Made by a program: the position numbers and the translations under genes
Part shown: piece by piece, positions 16,611-29,439 of the stretch
How the letters are laid out: the number at the start of each line of letters is the position of its first letter
Numbering within the stretch: the stretch's first letter is position 1
From: the human T2T-CHM13v2.0 reference genome, Homo sapiens
Assembly (NCBI RefSeq): GCF_009914755.1
Contig: NC_060927.1
Strand: one strand, 5' to 3'
Length of the DNA stretch: 64,000 bases
Notes under the pieces: model-generated
What the model was told of the DNA's origin: nothing
Database searches by the model: none
The model's input: the letters and a program-made list of their open reading frames with translations, nothing else

Positions 16611-17999
16611 AAAAATGTCTTTTCCCCTTACTCTTGAATGATAGTTCAATGGAGTAAACATACTCCATTGTTTACTAGCTTCCATTGCTGCTGATGAGGA
16701 TTTTGATGTCACTCTGATTCTCAGTCTTTTGACTCTTCTATCTAAAAACTCTTAGGACTCTCTGTAGCCTTCAAGTTCTAATGTTTTTCTGCCTAGTATT
16801 TAGGAGGTTTTCTTTTTTCTTCCATCCTGCTTAGTACTTGGTGGATAACTTTCTATTTGAAGATTTCTGACTTTATCTTGGGGACATTTTTATGTGTAAT
16901 TTTCTCCTGAATACTCTTATTTGTCAGATATTAAAACTTCTAAATCCATCCACGATGGTACTTAACTATTCTATTTTTGCTTCTTTTTCTTCTTGTACTG
17001 TATTTTTGGAAAGACCTCAGTAAAATCTTTCATTTTCACTAACTCACATTGCAGTTCACTCCAGTTAACACTGTTAACTGTGAAATTAACCCTAATGATA
17101 TCATGACAGTATATGTGCCTGGGAGCAATGCCCTTTCTCCACATATGCTGTGTTACAATTTGTCCAGAAATGAATAAATATAGCAATTTTCAGGGTATGT
17201 GCATTCTTTGTGTATTCAACAAATCTAAAGATAGAAACTCCTTGAAAAATTTTAAAATTCTCTGACTATAATGCCCCCTGTAAATTAGTACCCAAAGACA
17301 TAGGTCTCTTCCCCCCCAATTTCTTAAACTCCTGATTTCCTCAGATGTTATCCTCCTTTGTTGCACGTATGTCTCTTCTTCAGAGTGATGAGTTTCCTTA
17401 ACTGGTGATTTTTTTTTTTTTTGGTGTTTTACTCATCTTTGTGTTTTGCAGTCCATTTACCTACTTGAGTGTTGAGTAGCTTACTGCCAATGATTATGAG
17501 GGAGGGACAGGACAAGCTGCTGAGGGGCAGGAGTGCTGTTGCTTGTCTTCTGGTGTGGGTATTCTCTCCTTCCCTTCTGAGAGTTAGCAGCTACCTGTGA
17601 CATTGCACTGCTCTGCAGCCCAGTATGCATCCTTGCTGCTTTAGCCTGTGAATATATGCCTCTGTTGACTGCTGCTTAGCACAAACCTGGGAATGGGGAG
17701 GGCCTGATTGACCCAGCTGTTCCACATGCAACTCACCGATTAATCATCCTGATGTATGTCTGAGTGCCCCCAACCTTCAGCTGTCTGTGTCCACTGGCTC
17801 TGGCTTGAAACTCTTCCTTAACCACTCCTACTTTTGCAGATGTCTTATTGTACATCTGGCTTAGACTATGGCTTCCTTCAGTTACTGCCTCCCTGCCCCA
17901 CCATTCAATTCCCCACCCCCATAAATATAATCTCGTCTGATTCTAGGAGATTGCTGATAGTCTTTCCTTATTATCTCATGCATTTATGATTTATATTTG

Positions 18000-18260
18000 T
18001 TAACTGTAAATGTCATTTCCTCAGAAAGTTTTTTCCTAGCCACCCAATTTAAAGTAATTTCTCACTTTCTATCACATCACCTCAGTTTATTTTCATTGTA
18101 GCATTCATCTCTATTTAATATTTATGGTCTTTCGTCTTTCCAGACCTAAATGCATACTCCTTTAGGAGCCTTATATGATCTATTTACAGCTATATCATAA
18201 GTGGTTAGAACAGTGCCTGATATATAATAGACATTCAGTATATGATAGTTGAATTAAGTG
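18000..18260 (+). mobile_element. LINE-2 3' fragment
   Basis: aaatgtcatttcctcagaaag...tagaacagtgcctgatatataatagacattcagt. Confidence 0.65.
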
Positions 18261-19330
18261 ACTTTATCTTTTTTAAAAACATTATATGTCACATTTGCTT
18301 GAATTACATAAATTTTAGATTTTATACCAGAAACCAGGCTTATCAAATATTCCATCTTAACATCTCTGTCAAGACAAAAAAAAAAGAAACATACCTTTAT
18401 TAACCAAATAGTTTTCTTTGCCCAAAACTATGCAATTAATTGGTTAAATAATATAAAATGCAAAGTTTCTTAACCTCCAGCACTTCAATCTATATGTCAT
18501 TCAAGCAAAGCTTGGGGGTGAAATAAAAGCAAAGCTTTGATTTTTCTAAGAACAATATTACAAAATGACCAGAAGTTAGAATTATGTTTGCTTATAGTTT
18601 CTATGACTATGTGAGATATAATTTATTCTCAGGTAAATCGTTAAGTTGAAATGCATCATATTCTTATGCCATGTTATTATGGAGCTCCTTTAGCAAATTC
18701 AAATTTCCTTAATGGAATTTCCAAAGTCTTAGGTTAAGGATTCATTCTACCAGATAAGATTTTTACTTTTTTTCCCTACATCTCTTAAATTTTGTAGCTT
18801 TTGATCAGGTGGCTGATCAACCCATATGGGACAATAATGAACAGTTTTTCAGTTTAGAAATATTATTTTGAGGGTTAATCCCTTCATTAAATTTAGGTTA
18901 GAAAAATATAAAAATGCACATAGGTAGTCATAGTCACTGCTTACATAGTAACTCCTCCATGAAAGAAAAGTCCTTGTCTAGGCAAGTTTTGAGTTGGCCT
19001 CTTTTGCTGAGTCTATTTTTTCAGTCCCCATATATAAAATTTTGTAACTTTCTTACGTTCTACACAGAGATCAAATTTAGTCCCAGATTTTTCCTTGAAA
19101 ATGTTTTAATATTATATGGCAAAGAAAAGCAGTGGTCACTTTAGAAGACAATCAAAATTCATCTGTTCCATGAAACAAATATTTATATATATGCCATTTG
19201 TAAGTCTTCTGTAGGTTATTTACACTCCTACCATCAAGAGGATGAGCTTAAACCCTACAGAATTAACCTCTCATCTTTATAATTCTGATGGAAATTACTT
19301 TAATTTTGTTTTACTTTTTTTATTATTTAG

Positions 19331-19413
19331 GCAAAGATGCAATCTACACAATCCCAGTAAAAAACATTCTTGCTGTGGAAAAACTGGAAGAGAGCTCTTT
19401 CAACAAGAAAAAC
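19331..19413 (+). CDS. RASA2: RASA2 internal coding exon (PH domain: (G)KDAIYTIPVKNILAVEKLEESSFNKKN)
   Basis: Acceptor tttttattatttag| at 19330 and donor |gtaagt at 19414; 83 nt, phase 1 in, phase 0 out. The translation is GAP1-family PH-domain sequence and splices in frame to the next exon. Confidence 0.96.
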
Positions 19414-20141
19414 GTAAGTTATGTAAATAAATATTTAAAGCTTTCTGAACTGCATATATTACTTAAGTATTTGTATTTCGAGGTATTTGTTAATACCTTG
19501 TATTTGTATCACCTATTACTTAGATATTTGTATTCAAATTTTCAAGAAGTTGTTTATTGGATTGTTTACTATTAATCATTAATAGTTCATAAATAGCTAG
19601 CTGAAACTCTGTCTTAAAATTGTCCTTTATTGTTGATGCCTCATATAGCTTGCCTAGTTTGTTAAGTTAAAAATACTTTTCTCAAGATTTCCCTGTTATA
19701 CTGCTGTACATGATATTCAAGTTTCTAAGTAATACAGTCCCAAGCTATCTGTCCAGCTTTGTCTTCTGCTCCCATTCAGTGCATACCATACACTTAAGCC
19801 AACCAGGATGATTTCCTTGTTCCTAAATATTTTTCTACTGCTTTTTCTTTATACTTTTTCTTCCATTAACAATTCCCTCCCTTTATTCTTATCTATATGA
19901 TAGTCCATTCCTTTGGATATGTGTGGCTTCTAAAACTTACATTCTTTTGTACTGCTTAGTACCATGTGACTCAGATTATGCTTGGGACTAACTTGCTTGA
20001 AACATAATAATTTCTAAGACATCTTAGCACCAGTTATCTAGCCAAGCAACTAGATTCCTTTAGGTACTTTTCTTCTGTTTTGTACTGTGTGTTGGTTTTT
20101 GGACTCTTGTCACTAACTTTTTATCTTAATTGCCTATGAAG

Positions 20142-20350
20142 ATGTTCCAAGTAATACATACGGAGAAACCACTCTATGTCCAGGCAAATAACTGTGTAGA
20201 AGCTAATGAATGGATAGACGTACTCTGCAGGGTGAGCCGATGCAATCAAAACAGGCTCAGTTTTTATCATCCCTCTGTGTATCTAAACGGAAATTGGCTC
20301 TGCTGTCAGGAGACTGGTGAAAACACTCTCGGCTGCAAGCCATGTACTGC
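20142..20350 (+). CDS. RASA2: RASA2 coding exon (end of PH domain plus Btk zinc motif: [69 protein letters not shown])
   Basis: aag|ATG acceptor and GC|gtaagt donor; 209 nt. Contains the PH C-terminal helix Trp (EW) and the Btk His/Cys-Cys/Cys ligands (HP...WLCC...GC). Confidence 0.97.
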
Positions 20351-20409
20351 GTAAGTTTCTTTCTGATTATAAAAGCAGTGTGTCAAAATTTGATATATCC
20401 ATGCAATGT

Positions 20410-20690
20410 TAATATTATTTGTCCATGAAAAGGAATGACATACTGATCCATGCAACAACAAGGATGGGACCTTGAAAAATTATGCTAAGTGAAAGAAGTC
20501 AATCATAAAGGCCACGTATTATCTGATAACATTGATATAAAGTGTCTAGAATAGGTAAATTCATAGAAACACAAAGTAGATTAGTGGTTACAAGGGATAA
20601 GAAGGGAGGAATGGGGAGTGCTATTGGATGCAGAGATTCTTTTAGGAGTGAAGAAAATGTTCCAAAATTAATAGTGGTTGCACAAGTTAA
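20410..20690 (+). mobile_element. L1 3' fragment in a RASA2 intron
   Basis: ccttgaaaaattatgctaagtgaaagaagtc...agtagattagtggtt. Confidence 0.75.
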
Positions 20691-21072
20691 AAAATTTTAA
20701 GGCAATGTTTAAATAGAAGCATGAGCTTGAACCAAGATATCAAGAAAGAAGGATCCTTAGCATTCTCTTTCTAATTGTATGGAACAACCATTGTATTTCT
20801 ATAGACTTAAGTAATAATATATTGTTTTGTGATGAAGCATAGGTTGTGGAAATGATTTTACTTTAAAATTTCCCTCCTTCTGATTAGAGTCACATAACAA
20901 CCAAAACTCTCCTTGGCCCCACTTTATTTTAACTGTCAAATGAAACTAAATTTCCAGACTTCCTTCTGCAAAAGTCTGTGGTTCTATTTTTAGTCTCAAA
21001 CCATCAGAAGTCCTTGGCATGTTAACAAAATAAAATTTGTATAATATCTTTATTTTTTTATTTTTACCATAG

Positions 21073-21176
21073 AGGTGTCCCTGCAGACATCCAAATAGAT
21101 ATTGATGAAGACAGAGAAACAGAAAGAATTTATTCCCTTTTTACCCTCAGTTTACTTAAGCTGCAGAAGATGGAAG
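21073..21176 (+). CDS. RASA2: RASA2 coding exon ((A)[34 protein letters not shown])
   Basis: tttttaccatag| acceptor and GAAG|gtaaat donor; 104 nt. Phases match both neighbours. It is absent from the ORF track and was found by direct reading. Confidence 0.95.
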
Positions 21177-21529
21177 GTAAATACACAATCTATTTTTATA
21201 TAACCATAATCTTTCATTACCAATTCCTAAAGTATTGCTTTAGCATTATACAAAAGTTGAAAATACTCATAGATTTACCAAAATGTTATTTATTGAAAGT
21301 TGACAAACCCACAGAGAGGCATTTTTCATTGACATTCATGAAGTAAAAATACTGTTTTTGCATGAATGTGATGATCCTAATAAATAAAATGTATATATTT
21401 TAGTTATCTCGGCTCTGCCAAGGGAAATCCCCTCAGCATAAGACACTTGAAAAATTCTTATTTGTACTACATATTGCATTTATAGAATTTAGTTGTCTGA
21501 TCAGAGATTTATTTTCCTGCTCTTTGTAG

Positions 21530-21719
21530 AGGCTTGTGGAACTATTGCAGTCTATCAAGGACCACAGAAAGAGCCTGATGATTATTCTAACTTTGTAATC
21601 GAGGATTCTGTAACAACCTTTAAGACAATTCAGCAAATAAAAAGCATAATTGAGAAGCTGGATGAACCTCATGAAAAATATAGGAAGAAAAGATCCAGTA
21701 GTGCAAAATATGGGAGCAA
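21530..21719 (+). CDS. RASA2: RASA2 penultimate coding exon ((E)ACGTIAVYQGPQKEPDDYSNFVIEDSVTTFKTIQQIKSIIEKLDEPHEKYRKKRSSSAKYGS)
   Basis: ttttcctgctctttgtag| acceptor and AA|gtgagt donor; 190 nt; in frame with ORF 21493..21723. Confidence 0.96.
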
Positions 21720-21941
21720 GTGAGTAATGTTTAAGCTATTGTAAACATATTTTTAAACGGAGTTTGAGATTGCCTCTCCTGCCCCAACCTCACACCTCCT
21801 GCTCACCCACATCTGTCAACATCCCGCTCAGGGCCATTCTCTGGTGCAAGTTTCCCTGGCCACTCCAAGTGCTCTTTGTGTTGTTCAGTTTAGCCATCAT
21901 TTCACTGTGTTGGTGCTATACTTTATCGACTTTTTAATTTC

Positions 21942-22079
21942 ATATATATGTATATGAAATTATATATGATATATGTATATAAATATATATTTTATATATA
22001 TTTATATTTATATATTATATATTTATATATTATATATTATATATTTATATTTATATATTATATATTTATATTTATATAT

Positions 22080-22110
<31 letters not shown>
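21942..22110. repeat. ~170 bp imperfect (TA)n low-complexity tract at an Alu tail
   Basis: Almost pure A/T, with alternating tatata/tttata units, abutting the 3' end of a minus-strand Alu. Confidence 0.95.
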
Positions 22111-22404
22111 TTAGTTTTTGTAGAGACAGGTTCTTGCCCTGTCACACAGGCTGGAGTGCAGTGGTGTGATCATAATTCACTGTAACCTCCAACTCCTGGG
22201 CTCAAGCGATCCTCCCATCTCAGCATCTTGAGTAGCTAGGACTACAAGTGTACACCACTGTGCCCAGCTATTTGTTTTATTTTTTGTAAAAACAGGGTCT
22301 CGCTATGTTGCCCAGGCTGGTTTTGAATTCCTGACCTCCAGCGATCCTCCTGCCTCGTCTCTCAAAGTGCTGAGGTTACAGATATGAGCCAACACCACCA
22401 GGCT
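22111..22404 (-). mobile_element. Alu (AluJ-like)
   Basis: ctcctgggctcaagcgatcctccc diagnostic sequence. Confidence 0.9.
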
Positions 22405-22694
22405 GTAACCAGTTTTAATGTTACATTCAGTTGTAATTCATTTCTTGAATACTTAGTAGCTCTTCGTTTTGTTTTTGTTTTTACTGATCCTCCTTCTACA
22501 GTACATAATAAGAATTCACAAAACTCACCCCCAAAAAAATTAAGCTGTAAAAGTGCTAGAATTATTTTATAGTTGATTTTTTGGACCACTTCAGGTGTAG
22601 ATGGATACTGCAATGGATAACAACAGCAACAACTCGCATTTATTGGGAACTTACTCCAGCAAGGGGCACTGTGCTTATAGTACTTTACAGCTTA

Positions 22695-23124
22695 TGTAGA
22701 TTGCTTTTAGAAGCAAGTTAATGAAGTCCCAATTGAGGTGGCTTAAACAATAAAACTATTTACTCTTGCAAATTAAGTAGTTAACTTCTACAGTTGGTTA
22801 ATTCAGCAGCTCAGCACTGTCATCAAGGAACACCTGCCACTCAGCCAACCTCAACAAGGTGATTTCTCTCCTCCTCAAGCTTGTTCCCCCATGGTCACAG
22901 ATGAGCTGCAATAATTCAGAGCCCCACATTTTTATATGATAGCATCCAGAGGCAGAAAAGGCTGTTTTCTCCGTACTAGGAGAAAGGAACCTTCTCTAGA
23001 GTTACCCCCAGCTTTCCCTGAAACACATGGCTACCCAGTGGTAGAGCAGAATCAGGGTCTGTTACAAAGAAGTGGATAGGGTGGGGATGGGTCTTGGGCC
23101 AGCAAGGAACAGTGTTTGCCACAG
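22695..23124. mobile_element. MLT1-type (MaLR) LTR remnant flanked by MIR fragments
   Basis: ggcttaaacaataaa ... gtgtttgccaca, followed by MIR core cattttacagctagagaaacggaggcttagg. Confidence 0.55.
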
Positions 23125-23896
23125 TGAACACTCATTGATCCTCAAATCAGCCCAACTTGGTTTTATCCTCATTTTACAGCTAGAGAAACGGAGGCTTAGG
23201 GAAGCTAAGTGCCTTGCCCAAGGTCACACAGCTGACAAGTCACACTGCTGACTAGGGCTCTGAATCCTGGCCCTACCACTTTAAATGTTCTTTGAAAAAT
23301 ATGTGAATTAATAATTATATTTTTTATTCATGTACAATAAAAATCAATTTGACAAGTATAAATATTTATATGTTCTTCCTAGATAGATGCCTCAATTAGA
23401 AAGGTTATTAGAAGCATCCTAATCCTGTCTTTTCTGTATTAATGTAATTGGTTCTCTTCCAACAGTAGTAATCCAGTTTCCTTGGAGCCCTGGGAAGTTT
23501 CCATATGAGATCCCAGACATTCTTTCTTAAATAGTACCTCTCCACTCATACCCATACACACCATACCACTTCCCAGCTTTATTTTTCTCTATTAAAAAAT
23601 ATCAACCTCTACCATACTAAATATCTTATTAATTTTATTTACCCTATACCAGAGTGTAAGTTCCATGATGGCAAGGGTTTTCTTGGTCTGTTTTGTTTAC
23701 TACTTTATCTTTAAGTTCTACACTAGGGTCTAAGATTGAATAGGTGGTCAGTAAGTACTCATTGAATTAATGAAACAACATTTGGCATGAGAGATTATCC
23801 AGGGAAAATTCTAAATACTTAATGGATTATATATTTGTCACCCTTTAAATTTTTGTATTTCTTAAATTTTGAAAAATGACTTTTTTTCTTCTCTAG

Positions 23897-23927
23897 GGAA
23901 AATCCAATTGTTGGGAAAGCATCTTAG
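23897..23927 (+). CDS. RASA2: RASA2 last coding exon ((K)ENPIVGKAS*)
   Basis: Strong acceptor tttttttcttctctag|G, then GAA AAT CCA ATT GTT GGG AAA GCA TCT TAG. Matches the RASA2 C-terminus as I recall it. Confidence 0.95.
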
Positions 23928-26900
23928 AGTTTAACAGATTGGTTCAGAAGAACTGGAAAATATTATTTTTCTTGGAGCTTTTCAATTCATCATATATTTT
24001 GTTCATGGTATTTAAGAATGAGCATCCGCTTCAATGTCATCTGCCTCCACATTGTATTTAATATTTAATAATTGAAATTAATTGTTTGGGAATCCTGGTA
24101 TTGATGTATTACTAGAGAATTTAAAGCCCAAGATTCCCTTCATACCTGTGTGACCAAATCCATGTTTCTGCAACTTCTTTTTAATCGAAAGAATCTTCCT
24201 AGAAAAGCTTTGTAACAAAGGGAGAACTCCTCCGTAGCAAGAAACCATCTCTTCTTGTAACACTCTGTTCTGTGGACTTGTTTTCACTACCATCAGTGCC
24301 TGCTCTATACTGCCAACATTGTGTTTTACTAGAAAATTCCAATTCATGACAGTTCAGAGCTTTTCATTTAGTTCATGTAGACCCTCCCACTTTAAAAAAG
24401 AAAAAAAATAAGAAGTGTTTTTCCTTTGGTCCATCAGTCATTACAGGTTCCATTCAAGACAGTGATAGAAACTTTAGAAAACTGCCAGAGCATACTTGAA
24501 AGTTGGTAGATCCTTTTGCCTAAAGATGTAAACAAAACTCAAGACAGAAGGAATCAGGGAATATGTGCTATTGTGTGCATCTTGTTTACATTTGGGATCA
24601 GTGATGGCAAAAGAAGTAATGAGACCACTGAAATTGTTTTCATTGTTTTAAATACCAGGTACTCATTTTCTTGATTTGAAAGTTTAACATGACTTCTAAG
24701 GACATCTCTTCAAAAAGAAAGTAAACAGGGAATGAAGGTGGTGGGAAAATCACTTCACTTCACCCACTATTTCATGTTGTAATAAGGGCCACCATAAGGA
24801 TGCCCTCCTCATAGTGTTCGGTTCTGATCTTCCTCGAGAACAGTCACTTGGCGCACTTTAATAATCTGGACTGCTCCAGATTTGACTTTAGATACTCCAT
24901 GGTATCTAGTCTTTATGATCAGTTGAATGATCAGTGTTTAAGTCTAAAAATAATGCTTTCCTGAAAATGTTTATATTTCATTGCTGTTTCCTTATTGCCT
25001 GCTAGCCAAATGGAATTTGGGCAAGCAACTCTTTGAAGACTTTTTTACCCTAGAAATTTACTTTTGTCCTAAAAACCCTAACTGTAAATAAGCAGTCGAA
25101 GCAAGTTGCCACCTTGAAGTTGAGGGATACACTTTGCTTCATCAGTATTAAAAACCATGGTACTCTTATTTTGTCTTTTTTAATTCAAAACATTTTCTAA
25201 ATGTGGTACTTTGAACCTTGGAGTATTTACATGTTTCTGTTCAAAACTGTGACTTATTAATGTAAGTCTGCTAGTAGTACTTTTTTTGTCTGAGCATAAG
25301 CTATATTTCAAGATATACTTTGCCAATTTTGTTATTGGTGGGTAATCATTTTTAAATTATATTGTTATTAGGTAATTATTTTTAAAGACTACTGGCATAC
25401 AATCAAAGTTGTTCCATAAAAGAATATAACTGAGCAATGTATTTCTCTAAATGACTTGTAAAAATCAATGAATTATGTTTAAGTCTGCATTATGGTAGGT
25501 TATTACTCCCAGCTCATTTTAAAGACAAGTTTGAAAGAGTCCTTTAAATTTTATAAGCTTGTAGATTCCATAAACTACACTGATTTATACATTTGAAAGA
25601 ATTTAGCCATTTAATAAATTTCTTATTCTCAAATTGCATTTAGATTAAAATTCCTTTTAAGAGTGTCTGAAATGTCTGCCTGCGAAGAACATGTAAACAT
25701 TGCCAGATACCAGTCATTATTCTTTAGTGGCTTTTTAGTCCTCTGCTTTTTTTTTTAAGGCAAAAGAAATATGCATCTAGCATTTCTAATACCAAATCCC
25801 CAATTGTGATTGTTTTAAAGATCATGGTATGATCACAGGGACCAAGGCTGTGTGCATATATAACTCTGGATTTGAAAGGAGGAGAGTTCAGCCATCTAGT
25901 TCTTTTCTTCACATGACACTTTTAAACAGCCAGTTTGACTGGAATTAACCAACTTGGCACAGCCTAAAAAAGGAGTAATGTGAAATTAAATTATTTTTCT
26001 TTGAAAGTCTTTTGAAATAAGAGACCATGTAAGTAGGACCCTAAGACAACCAAGGAATTTGCTTCCAGGGCCCTCATTCCTCTGCTGTTACTTACAAATG
26101 TTTTAATTTTTACTACCTGATATTCTTTCTCTACCTTTTCCACATTTGAAAATATACAAGGCAGCTCACTTCATCCTAAAAACCTAAAAACTCCAGGAAG
26201 GAAAGAAAAGGATGATATGGGGAAATTTGCCATAAATGCCGGTTCTGGTTCTTAGTTTAGCCATTTCCATCAGTTGAAATTGTGGTGTGATCTGTTGCTT
26301 GTTTCGTTGTTGTTTTGTTTTTGTGTAGCTTTGTTTTTTAATATTCATTTAATAAGATGATGGGCAATAGCAAACATTTTTACTCCCAGGAATATAATTT
26401 ATCAAATTGAACTATTTTATTTGCCAAAGAAACTTGTTTTTAATATCACGGGTAATGGGTAAGTGTGAAAACTAGGCTTTTTTTTATGAAACAAAAAAAG
26501 GTGACGAATAATATGGCTTTTGTTTCTGTTTCTGAAGCCTGATTTCATTTATGCCAGGTTTTGAAAAACAGATCTTTTTCTTAAGTGAAAGCACCTTTAA
26601 TTTGCTCTAACGGTACATCCTGTAAAGACAGAATTCTGCATAGCCTTTTAGGTGTTTTTACAGTATGTGAAAAATACAAGACTCATTCTAGAGTTAAATT
26701 ACCAATCTTGGTTGATATTATCTGCTTCCATTTTTATTAATTTGGAAATTAATATGTTGCTAGTAAATATTGGTTTTTACAGTACCCAGTTTGAAAATGT
26801 AAGTTATCAAAACTTAATGTAGTGAATTTGTGTAACCATGTTGTATTGTTGAGAATGTATTTTTATTTAAATTTTATTTTCTTATCAAGAGTATTATAAA

Positions 26901-26960
26901 AATTAACTTTTGTAACTGTCGCTTGGAAATAACTCAAATAAATTACAAGAAGCCTGTCTG
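23928..26960 (+). other. RASA2: RASA2 3'UTR (~3 kb, AU-rich, no recognisable repeats)
   Basis: Unique AT-rich sequence between the stop codon and AATAAA at 26937. The 3' end is estimated from the poly(A) signal. Confidence 0.85.
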
Positions 26961-26975
26961 TTCTTTGTGAGACTG
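26937..26975 (+). terminator. Distal polyadenylation signal of RASA2
   Basis: AATAAA at 26937-26942, upstream TGTA (26911-26914) and U-rich sequence, downstream GT-rich gtctgttctttgtg. Confidence 0.8.
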
Positions 26976-27034
26976 TATTTTCTTACTGATTTAGTAATTT
27001 CTTCTTAAAATTATTATACCTTTCCTATTAGTAA

Positions 27035-27442
<408 letters not shown>

Positions 27443-28828
27443 TCTAATGGGCTGTGTTCTTACATGTTCATTCATTCAACAGACTTGTTTTGAGGACCCA
27501 TGGTGTTCAAAACACCTTGCAGGCTCCTGTCATTCCCTAGAGCCATGTACAACTGTCATGGAGGAATATAATTCACTTGTGTCTAGATAAAGTTTAAAGC
27601 TGAGTTTTCCAGACTATGTTTGACTTTTTAAAGAAGAGTAGAAAGAAGAATTCTTTCAGAGCCTATGGTTACTCAGGCCCTGCACTGACCCGTGCAGATT
27701 AACCTACCCCATAGCTTGACCTTCAGTGCATCATCCTTCAGGATGTTAGAATTTGCCTGTGTTCTGCCATTTTGGTGAGATGCCTGGAGAATATAAAGTG
27801 ACAGCACCAGAGACCAGGTTAGTGGGTATAACTTGTGCCCTCAACAAGAGAAGCCAGGATCCTCCCTGATTCGTGCCTGAGCCCTTTTATAATAGCATCC
27901 CTGAAAAACCCTTCTATAAAACAAAGTCCCTGGGCTCCGGAGGAATTAAAGGTTAACAAAGTGCAAAGGATAGGGTTCTGAATCTCTATATTTATTGAAA
28001 CATTAGAATTCCTGTCATACTAGCCCATGTATAGAATAGAACTTGTGAAAAGCATCAGATTTAGGGTTCTAGTCTACGATAGAAGTAAACTAGGCATTTA
28101 AGGGAGAGGGGACCATACTCCTATTTCAAATTGTATGATTCCAAAATGAGAGACACCTAGGGCCAGAGTCCCTTTATTACACAAGAATAAGAAACAAGAC
28201 ATACTTTGCCACTCCTGGTATATGTTTTTCTACTCCAGTGGCAAGTACTGAACTCCTCTGGAAACGTTTCAGAGAATAACCTGTCGTGGGTGCTGACCAT
28301 ATTTAAAGATCTTTGGTCTTAATTCTTCATACATACCTTCACCTGAGGTTTGCTCTTTTGTGGCCAAGAAGTTCATTCTTTGGCTTACCATTTTGCCATT
28401 TGACTTCACAGTTTGGGGACACCATTTGCCATCATATTTTGAGCTTATGCCTATTTTTTATATTGACAGCAGAGGTGTGACTTGTTTAATTAAAGTACTA
28501 TTAAGATTTCATCGCTTTTCTGCCTTGTATTTCAAACCTTTTTGTTTTGTACTATTAGGCAAAGGCTTTGTGCTTTTTATTGATCTGCTTTTTGAGATGG
28601 AGTTCAGTCTTAGATACATAAATTTTACTCATCAAGAAAGAATTCTGTTGTCTAGAGCAGATAACATTGTTTTCCAAACTTAACATTTTTTTTCTCAACT
28701 CCATCCAGAACCAAGAAGACCACACTGCCTGCAGAGTTAAAGGAGCAACCATTATTTTAATGGTTCCCTGTGCACAATGAGGTAAATGATCCCTAGACAG
28801 ACACCTCAGAATCTGCATCAGAATGTAG

Positions 28829-29135
<307 letters not shown>

Positions 29136-29439
29136 AGAATGTAGTTTGAAAGACATTATCAATATTATTTTACGTTTGGAAATGCAGAATGTCACCTAAT
29201 TTTATAATACAAACTACCAAAAACAAAGGTCAACAAAATCATCACTGAGAGAGAGTCATAGATGAGGCCATAATTCTCACCTGGAGACCTTTGGGGCCTG
29301 AGGTTTTGGTGTTAATGTGGGACATTTGCTTTTAAAGCTTGGAAAACACAGGAATATAGGCTAAAGTAAATTCCAAATCTTGACCTAAAGTCTTAGTAAT
29401 AAACTGCCATCAAAATTATGTGTCAGGAGTAAGAATACA

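Noticed and set aside
19288-19575. 95-aa ORF extending the RASA2 exon on both sides
   Set aside because: Only 19331-19413 lies between canonical splice sites. The flanks translate as low-complexity AT-rich intron.
21071-21531. tag|AG tandem acceptors at two consecutive exons
   Set aside because: The second AG is fixed by the codons. Its use would shift the frame by 2 nt, and there is no evidence for it.
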